DNA from: Armatimonadota bacterium
Lineage (GTDB): Bacteria; Armatimonadota; Fimbriimonadia; Fimbriimonadales; GBS-DC
DNA: 53,951 bases
Reading direction: 5' to 3'
Assembly (NCBI GenBank): GCA_037442385.1
Contig: JBBIQJ010000001.1
Span: forward strand, 1 to 53,951
A program made the position numbers and the translations under genes. This document shows, in pieces, positions 47,828 through 53,951 of the stretch. A model generated the notes under the pieces. It was given only the letters and a program-made list of their open reading frames with translations. It was not told where the DNA came from and searched no databases. The first letter of the stretch is position 1. Every line of letters begins with the position of its first letter.

Positions 47828-48233
47828 TACCGACATGCTCTCGGAGGTACTCAAAGGGCGCCATCCACAGGTGGTGGCGCAGGCACTGGCGTATCTAGCT
47901 CAGCATAGGGTACTGACGGTTTCGGTAGTGTCGGTAATGGAGGTGGTGAGTGGTCTGTAGCGGGTGGAACGCTGGGAACATCTGGAGCGTTTTTTGCAAG
48001 CGTTGCAGGAGATGGAGGTGCTGGTGCTGGATAAAGAGAGCGCGGTACTGACAGGGCGGATAGACGGTGATTTGTGTCGGGTAGGTCAGCGGATAGGGCG
48101 TGCGAATCCGATGATAGCAGCGCAGGCGATAGCCAATAATCTGGTGCTGGTGTCGGGAAGTGTGGAGCATTATGCGCGTATTCAGGCGCTGGGTTATCCG
48201 TTGCGTGTGGTAAATTGGCGGAGGGATGAATAG
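47808..48233 (+). pseudogene. vapC: PIN-domain VapC toxin interrupted by an in-frame TAG (47958..47960)
   Basis: MDKALLDTDMLSEVLKG...VMEVVSGL-TAG-RVERWE...GRANPMIAAQAI...VVNW. Both halves are in the same frame. Two positions normally acidic appear substituted (N before PMIAA; SGS in place of the usual T-D/N). Confidence 0.6.
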
Positions 48234-48366
48234 AGGCAGTGCGGGTGAGAGCTCACCCCTGCATCACTCTGGCAACGAACCAAAGGAATGGATCTGGGCG
48301 CTTCAACACGAACTGCCCTCTACACTCAACAGGTATAATCTCCCCCGTAGTGGAGGCAAACAGGAG

Positions 48367-50697
48367 ATGGTAAACGGAAACCGTCGCAAAGGGCACGCCG
48401 TTGTGCTGGGCGCGGGCACTATGGGCAGTGGAATCGCAGGACTTTTAGCGAGCATCGGCTGGCGCGTCACGCTTCTGGATGAATTCCCCGAAATCGCAAA
48501 GCAGGCTTTAGAGCGTATTCAGAAAACCAGCGCCGTCTACCGCCCCGAAGACCTTCAGCGAATCACTATTGGTGCCGTCGCGGAACATTTGGACTGTGTG
48601 GCGGAGGCAGACTGGGTGGTGGAGGCGATTGTGGAGCAGATTGAGCCGAAACGCGCCCTGTGGCGTCAGGTGGCAGAGCGGGTGAACCCGAACGCTGTGC
48701 TGAGCTCCAACACTTCGGGGCTGGGGATTGCCGAGATTGCCCAGTCGCTCCCCGAATCGCTCCGCACCCGATTCCTGGGTACGCATTTCTTCAATCCGCC
48801 AAGAGTGATGCACCTGCTGGAGCTGATTCCCACTGCCGACACCGACCCTGATTTGACCCACCAGTTTACCGCCTTCGCCGAGCGCCTGCTGGGCAAGCGC
48901 GTGGTGCTGGCAAAAGACCGCCCTGGCTTCATCACGACCCGAATCGGCATCTACGCGCTGTTGCAGGCGCTCGCGGCTGCCATCAAATATGGAATTGCCC
49001 CCGAAGACGCCGACCTGATGCTCGGACCGCTTTCTGGGCGCCCGCGCAGTGGCGTATTTCGGCTGGCGGACCTTGTGGGGCTGGATGTCGCCCACAACAT
49101 CATTCGCAATCAGAAGGAGCGCCTGCCCGAAGACACCTATGTGCAGGCGCTGGAGCTGCCCCCCCTCTGGCATCAGCTGATTGCCGAAGGGCGCCTGGGT
49201 GAGAAGAGCGGGCAGGGCTTCTACAAGCGCGAGGGCAAAGACATCTGGACCCTGGACTTCGCCACGGGGCAGTATCGCCCGCGTCGCGAGCCGAGCGAGA
49301 TTCTCAGACAAATCCCCGAACGCGCACCCCTTAGCGAACGACTGATTGCCATGCTGAACCTGCCCGACCCCTACGGTGCCTTCTTCCGTGAAGCGTTCCT
49401 GATGCCGCTGGCATACGGCGCCGAAGTGATGCCCGAGGTCGCCTACGATATTCCCTCACTCGATATGGCGATGCGACTGGGCTACAACTGGGAGCTGGGC
49501 GTGTTTGAAACATGGGATGCGCTGGGCGAAGCGGGGCGAAATGCCCTCCAGAGCCTGAACTTGCTCGGCGAACCCTATACCCTGCGCGCTCTGCGCAACG
49601 CCGGGCTGGAAACCTTCTACGCCACACACGGCGCGACCCGATTCTACTTCGAACCCCACGAGGAGGAGGGAGACTACGCGCCGCTTGCCGTACCCCCCTT
49701 CTTCATGCGCCTTGACGACCTCGCCCGTGCGGGCAAAGTGATCGAGGAAACGCCCGAATGCCGTGTGATGGACCTCGGCGATAATGTGGTGTGTATTGAG
49801 TTCCGCACTAAAGCGAATGTGCTGACGCCTAGCCTGATGGAGTTCATGCACCGAGTGCTGGAGCGTGCCGAGCGCGAATTTTCTGGCGTGGTGATAGGCA
49901 ATCAGGGGCGCATGTTCTCCGCAGGGTTCAACCTGAACCTGTTTCTGGACTATATTGCCCGTGAGGACTGGCAAGGGCTGGACACAGGACTGCAACTGCT
50001 TCAAACCCTGAGCCAGCGGATTCGGTACTGTGGCGTGCCTGTGGTCGCGGCGGTGCATGGTTATGCACTGGGTGGTGGCATGGAGGTGGTCTTACCGTGC
50101 GTTCATGTGCATGCGCATGTGGACGCCAGCGTGGGGCTTCCTGAGGCACTGGTGGGATTGATCCCTGCGGGCGGGGGCACGACGCTGATGACGCGCCGTG
50201 CCCTTGAGAGCCTGCCGCCTGACGGCGACCCGCTACCCCACCTGCGTGCTGTGTTCCAGACGCTGGCATGGGGCAAGCGCTCCAGCAATGCCTTTGAGGG
50301 CTACACGCTGGGCTTCCTGCGCCCGCACGACACCCTCTGCTGGAACATCGACCGTCTGCTCTATGAAGCCAAACAGCATGTGCTGGCGCTCTCACGGGCA
50401 GGCTACCGCCCACCCGAACCCACGCCCATCCTCGCTGTCGGCGAGAACGGCTACAGCCGTCTTATGATGGAAGTCCACTGGGCGCATCAGGCGGGTCAAA
50501 TCAGCGACCACGACCGCCTGATTGCTGAAAAGGTTGCTTATGTGATGACAGGCGGCACTCTCAAGAGCGCGACGCCGCTGCCCGAAGAGCATTTCCATGC
50601 GCTGGAGCGCGAGGCGTTCGTCGAACTCTGTCGGCACCCGAAAAGTGTGGAGCGCATTCGCCACATGCTGGAAACGGGCAAGCCGCTACGCAATTAA
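48367..50697 (+). CDS. 3-hydroxyacyl-CoA dehydrogenase / enoyl-CoA hydratase fusion (FadN-type domain order)
   Basis: Start at ATG 48367, with GGAGG...CAGGAG upstream. N-terminal VVLGAGTMGSGIAG Rossmann fold (3HCDH) and a C-terminal crotonase fold (FSAGFNLN...AAVHGYALGGGMEV). Confidence 0.85.
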   Translation: MVNGNRRKGHAVVLGAGTMGSGIAGLLASIGWRVTLLDEFPEIAKQALERIQKTSAVYRPEDLQRITIGAVAEHLDCVAEADWVVEAIVEQIEPKRALWRQVAERVNPNAVLSSNTSGLGIAEIAQSLPESLRTRFLGTHFFNPPRVMHLLELIPTADTDPDLTHQFTAFAERLLGKRVVLAKDRPGFITTRIGIYALLQALAAAIKYGIAPEDADLMLGPLSGRPRSGVFRLADLVGLDVAHNIIRNQKERLPEDTYVQALELPPLWHQLIAEGRLGEKSGQGFYKREGKDIWTLDFATGQYRPRREPSEILRQIPERAPLSERLIAMLNLPDPYGAFFREAFLMPLAYGAEVMPEVAYDIPSLDMAMRLGYNWELGVFETWDALGEAGRNALQSLNLLGEPYTLRALRNAGLETFYATHGATRFYFEPHEEEGDYAPLAVPPFFMRLDDLARAGKVIEETPECRVMDLGDNVVCIEFRTKANVLTPSLMEFMHRVLERAEREFSGVVIGNQGRMFSAGFNLNLFLDYIAREDWQGLDTGLQLLQTLSQRIRYCGVPVVAAVHGYALGGGMEVVLPCVHVHAHVDASVGLPEALVGLIPAGGGTTLMTRRALESLPPDGDPLPHLRAVFQTLAWGKRSSNAFEGYTLGFLRPHDTLCWNIDRLLYEAKQHVLALSRAGYRPPEPTPILAVGENGYSRLMMEVHWAHQAGQISDHDRLIAEKVAYVMTGGTLKSATPLPEEHFHALEREAFVELCRHPKSVERIRHMLETGKPLRN

Positions 50698-51188
50698 GAC
50701 CCCTGAGGCGCGGGAGGCGAGGCACATACCAGGTGGGCAATCCGCTCGCCAATCGCCTCCAGCAGCGCCTCATCGGTGATATCAAAAGCGCCCACTTCGG
50801 TACCGTCCACATCGATCTGCCCGATAATCTTGCCCGTTTGCGGGTGGCGTATTAGCACCACAATCTCGGAGCGGGTCTCCAGATTACACGCCAGGTAGTT
50901 CTCGCGCTTGCGTACATCGTACACAATCTGGTTCATCCGCTCCGCGACCGCCGTGCCACACACCCCACGCCCCACGGGGATGCGCACATGCTCCGTCGGC
51001 GGCCCCACATACGGACCCAGCACCAGCTCGTTGCCCCGGAGCCAGTAGATGCCCACCCAGTGAAAATGGGGCAGGCGGTCATGCAGAAGTTGCATCACGC
51101 GCTGGAGTCGCTCTTCAACACTTCCGTCCTGCTCTAGGAGCGCCTCGCATTCCATCAGCACTTCAGTGGCAATTCCATCATCTATCAT
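50694..51188 (-). CDS. GAF domain protein (free methionine-R-sulfoxide reductase / YebR-like)
   Basis: Start chosen at ATG 51188, which overlaps the upstream stop (ATGA). WVGIYWL...GRGVCGTA...YLACNLETRSEIVVLI matches the fRMsr-type GAF signature. Confidence 0.7.
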   Translation of the reverse strand: MIDDGIATEVLMECEALLEQDGSVEERLQRVMQLLHDRLPHFHWVGIYWLRGNELVLGPYVGPPTEHVRIPVGRGVCGTAVAERMNQIVYDVRKRENYLACNLETRSEIVVLIRHPQTGKIIGQIDVDGTEVGAFDITDEALLEAIGERIAHLVCASPPAPQGS

Positions 51189-51832
51189 GGACTCTGACCA
51201 CCCTCCGACTTCGGCTTCCACTCTTTGAGAATCTCCGCTTTGACAATCGTATCGCCCTTGACGATACGATCCACCACATCCATGCCTTCCACGACGCGCC
51301 CGAAAATCACATAGTTGCCGTCCAGCTGAGGCAGGTCTTCCAGACAGATGTAGAACTGGCTTCCTGCGCTGTCGGGGTCAGGCGTACGCGCCATACCAAT
51401 CGCGCCACGCTTATGCTTCAGCGAGTTGGGTTCAAACTTGATGGTGTAGCCGGGTCCGCCAGTGCCCATGCGCGGGTCATTCAGGTCCATCGTTTTAGAC
51501 TGGGGGTCGCCCGCCTGCGCCACGAACTTAGGCACCACGCGATGGAAACGAATCCCGTCGTAGAAGCCTTCGCGCACCAGCTTCAGGAAGTTTTCGGAGG
51601 TTTTGGGCGCTTCTTTCAGGTTGAGCTCGATCACAATCGCGCCCTTGTCTTTGATCTCCATCTTCACATAGGCGAAGTCGCCCTTCGGTTTCTCCTGTGT
51701 GGAAGAGTGTTCGCTTTGCTGGGTTTCCTGAGGCGCAGGTGCTTTATTATCCCGCTCCGCAAAGGTGTTGCTCTGGCACGCGCCCAGGCTCCAGCCAAGC
51801 GCTAACACCGCAAACAGTTGGGCATATCGCAT
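51185..51832 (-). CDS. Cyclophilin-type peptidyl-prolyl cis-trans isomerase, lipoprotein
   Basis: Start at ATG 51832, with AAGGAGG 9 nt upstream. Lipobox LGA|C. Cyclophilin motifs FHRVVPKFVAQAGDP and GSQFYI. Confidence 0.85.
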   Translation of the reverse strand: MRYAQLFAVLALGWSLGACQSNTFAERDNKAPAPQETQQSEHSSTQEKPKGDFAYVKMEIKDKGAIVIELNLKEAPKTSENFLKLVREGFYDGIRFHRVVPKFVAQAGDPQSKTMDLNDPRMGTGGPGYTIKFEPNSLKHKRGAIGMARTPDPDSAGSQFYICLEDLPQLDGNYVIFGRVVEGMDVVDRIVKGDTIVKAEILKEWKPKSEGGQSP

Positions 51833-51931
51833 CGTTTTCGTCCTCCTTGCTGAATGCATAGAGTGTACCCTACCTGCAAAACGCGAGGGACGCTCAGGCG
51901 TCTAACCCTCAGGTATACTTCGGGAGCGACG

Positions 51932-53158
51932 ATGAAACGCGGGCTACAGATTCTGGGCGTTCTGGTGTTATTCCCCCTGCTTCTTGTGTTCACCAGCTGC
52001 TGCAGTGGCGGTCGTGCGCGTGGCATTATCGGGGGCACGGGCGCGGTTCGCTGGACGGTGATGGTGTTCCTGAACGCGGCGAACGATCTGGACGAGTTCA
52101 GCGAGATGAATGTGAACCAGATGGAGCAGGTCGCGGGCAACCCGAATGTACGGATTGTGGTGCAGTGGAAGCGGGCGCGCCCTTTCGCTCCTCAGGGGAG
52201 CTGGACAGGCACACGCCGCTATCTCATCAAGCCCGATAACGACCCCAATCAGATTCGCTCGCAGCTACTGGAGGACATGGGCGAGGGTGTGGATATGGGT
52301 AGTCCTGATACCCTTCGGGAGTTCATTCGCTGGGCGCGGGCGAACTACCCCGCCGAGCGTTATGTGCTGGTCATCTGGAATCACGGTTCAGGCTGGCGTT
52401 CTCGTGCGGCGCTGGGGCGCGGCGTCTCGTTCGACGACCAGCTGGGCACTTACATCCGTATCTGGGATTTGCCCACCGCCATCCGACCCACCAGCAACGA
52501 CCCCATGATGGATGTGCTGCTGTATGACGCCTCGCTGATGCAGATGCTGGAGGTGGCGTATGAGTGTCGCAATGTGGCGCGGATTATCGTTGGCTCCGAG
52601 GAAAGCCCTCCTGGCGAAGGCTACCCCTATCACGAGATTCTTGCCCCGATTGTGTCTAACAGCGACCTGGCTCCTGTGGAATGGGCGCGCCAGATCCCAG
52701 ACCGGTTTGTGGCGTGGTATGCGGCGAACTATCCCCTCTACACCAATATCACCCAATCCGCGGTGGACACCAGTAAACTGGATGCGGTTGCAAGCGCGCT
52801 GGATTCGTTTGCCGAAAGCCTGATTAACAAACGCACGCTCTATCTGAACGCGCTCCAGAACGCCCGCCAGAACGCCCAGAGCTACTCCAGCTACCCCGAA
52901 TATCGCGACTTGTGGCACGCTGTGGACCTTATCAAACTCTACACGAACGATGCTGAGCTGATTCAGCGTGGGAACGCCCTGCAGAGCGCGCTCCAGCAGG
53001 CGATTATCGCCAACAATCGCGCGAATAATAATCGGGTACGCTATTCCTATGGGGTATCCATTTACTTTCCAAGCGCGGGGGAGTACCTGGGACGGTATAA
53101 CAATACTGCCCTCTCCCGGGCAACTCGCTGGGACGAATGGCTTCAGCTTGCCCCGTGA
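51932..53158 (+). CDS. Clostripain-like cysteine peptidase (family C11), probable lipoprotein
   Basis: Start at ATG 51932 (MKRGLQILGVLVLFPLLLVFTS|C). WTVMVFLNAANDLDEF and YVLVIWNHGSGW (catalytic His region) are typical of C11, and YDASLM plausibly carries the catalytic region. Confidence 0.7.
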   Translation: MKRGLQILGVLVLFPLLLVFTSCCSGGRARGIIGGTGAVRWTVMVFLNAANDLDEFSEMNVNQMEQVAGNPNVRIVVQWKRARPFAPQGSWTGTRRYLIKPDNDPNQIRSQLLEDMGEGVDMGSPDTLREFIRWARANYPAERYVLVIWNHGSGWRSRAALGRGVSFDDQLGTYIRIWDLPTAIRPTSNDPMMDVLLYDASLMQMLEVAYECRNVARIIVGSEESPPGEGYPYHEILAPIVSNSDLAPVEWARQIPDRFVAWYAANYPLYTNITQSAVDTSKLDAVASALDSFAESLINKRTLYLNALQNARQNAQSYSSYPEYRDLWHAVDLIKLYTNDAELIQRGNALQSALQQAIIANNRANNNRVRYSYGVSIYFPSAGEYLGRYNNTALSRATRWDEWLQLAP

Positions 53159-53194
53159 GGGAACCGTCAGAGGCTCTGAATCGTTTCTGGAGTA

Positions 53195-53797
53195 GTGTTC
53201 GTGTATGGGCTGACCGATAGCGAGCTGATCGCACGCGCGTGCGAAGGCGAGGAACGCGCCTTCGAGGTGCTGTTCCATCGCTATCATGCGGCGGTCTATC
53301 GCCTCCTGCTGGGCATCACAAACAATCACGACGATGCGCAGGAGCTGGCGCAGGAGGTGTTCCTGCGGGCGTATCAGGAGTTGCCGCGTCTGCAAAACCG
53401 TGAAAATCTCGGCGCGTGGCTCCGACGCACCGCCACCAACCTCGCTATCGATAAACTCCGCCGCAATAAGCGCGTCCGTTTCGATTCACTTGATGCCCCC
53501 CTCACCACGGAAACGGGCGAGGAGGTGGAATGGCAGCTGGAGGACCCTGCCGCCGATGTGCTGGCGGAGGTGCAATCCAGCGAACTCAGTGAGGCGGTGG
53601 AGCGCGCGCTCGGTCAGCTCAGCGACATTCACCGAAGTGTGGTCGTGCTGCACTATATGGAAGGACTGCCTGTGGAAGAGGTTGCCCAGATGCTGGGGAT
53701 TCCTGTGGGTACGGTCAAGTCACGGCTGGCGCGAGCGCGCCTTGCGCTCCGGATCTTGCTGAAAGATTTTGTCGAGGTGGAGGGCGGAAACGAATGA
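53195..53797 (+). CDS. ECF-type RNA polymerase sigma factor (sigma-70 family, group 4)
   Basis: GTG start (53195 or 53201). Region 2 is DAQELAQEVFLRAYQEL and region 4 is the HTH EEVAQMLGIPVGTVKSRLARAR. Confidence 0.85.
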   Translation: MFVYGLTDSELIARACEGEERAFEVLFHRYHAAVYRLLLGITNNHDDAQELAQEVFLRAYQELPRLQNRENLGAWLRRTATNLAIDKLRRNKRVRFDSLDAPLTTETGEEVEWQLEDPAADVLAEVQSSELSEAVERALGQLSDIHRSVVVLHYMEGLPVEEVAQMLGIPVGTVKSRLARARLALRILLKDFVEVEGGNE

Positions 53798-53951
53798 AGC
53801 ACACATGTGAAACCATCCGGAAGCAACTGGCAGACTATCTGGAGCAGAACCTGGAGCCGACGACCGCGCGAGAGGTCGAAGCGCACCTTGAGGCGTGCGA
53901 GTCGTGCCGCGCCGAATGCCGCCGTTTAGAACAGGTCCCTGAACTACTTCA
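53794..53951 (+). CDS. Anti-sigma factor, zf-HC2 type (partial; runs off the window)
   Basis: ATG 53794 overlaps the sigma stop codon (ATGA). My translation is MKHTCETIRKQLADYLEQNLEPTTAREVEAHLEACESCRAECRRLEQVPELL, which contains the H-x3-C-x2-C motif. Confidence 0.6.
   Translation, partial: MKHTCETIRKQLADYLEQNLEPTTAREVEAHLEACESCRAECRRLEQVPELL

Noticed and set aside
52388-53395. 335-aa ORF antisense to the C11 peptidase and sigma factor genes
   Set aside because: It spans two well-supported plus-strand genes and their intergenic region, and its composition is low-complexity (R/Q/H/L-rich). It is a GC-driven shadow ORF.

Overview
High-GC bacterial chromosomal window, dense on both strands: about 50 protein genes, two tRNAs (Lys-UUU, Gln-UUG), and no rRNA, CRISPR array, transposase or integrase that I could recognise. 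Housekeeping genes: gatCA, obg, dnaX, ftsB-like, glmS, a TrpB2-type tryptophan synthase beta, a 7Fe ferredoxin, a DinG-like helicase, a cyclophilin and an ECF sigma/anti-sigma pair. Accessory content: (i) a five-gene minus-strand operon joining a GH116 glucosylceramidase-like hydrolase, a membrane-anchored H-X9-DG-tail protein, two NAD(P) oxidoreductases and an R2-like ligand-binding oxidase; (ii) three copies of a cassette made of a DUF1559/H-X9-DG prepilin-like protein plus a mini single-pass membrane protein; (iii) GH127 and a ChbG/YdjC deacetylase; (iv) a visibly AT-richer surface-glycan island (GT2, GT4, Wzx, Wzy-like, GT4, epimerase, UDP-sugar dehydrogenase); (v) two secreted proteins with dockerin-like C-terminal repeats; (vi) a decayed VapBC module; (vii) a FadN-type fusion, a C11 peptidase and a CocE/NonD hydrolase. 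Several lesions are visible: a frame change in dnaX at a C8 run, a PEP-CTERM tail relic broken at a G6 run, a GT4 gene with an internal deletion/frameshift, and an in-frame amber codon in vapC. The many prepilin-like DUF1559 paralogs, the PEP-CTERM relic and the dockerin-like modules suggest an Armatimonadota- or PVC-like lineage; this is inference only. All calls come from reading the ORF translations and the DNA by eye. No database search was run.
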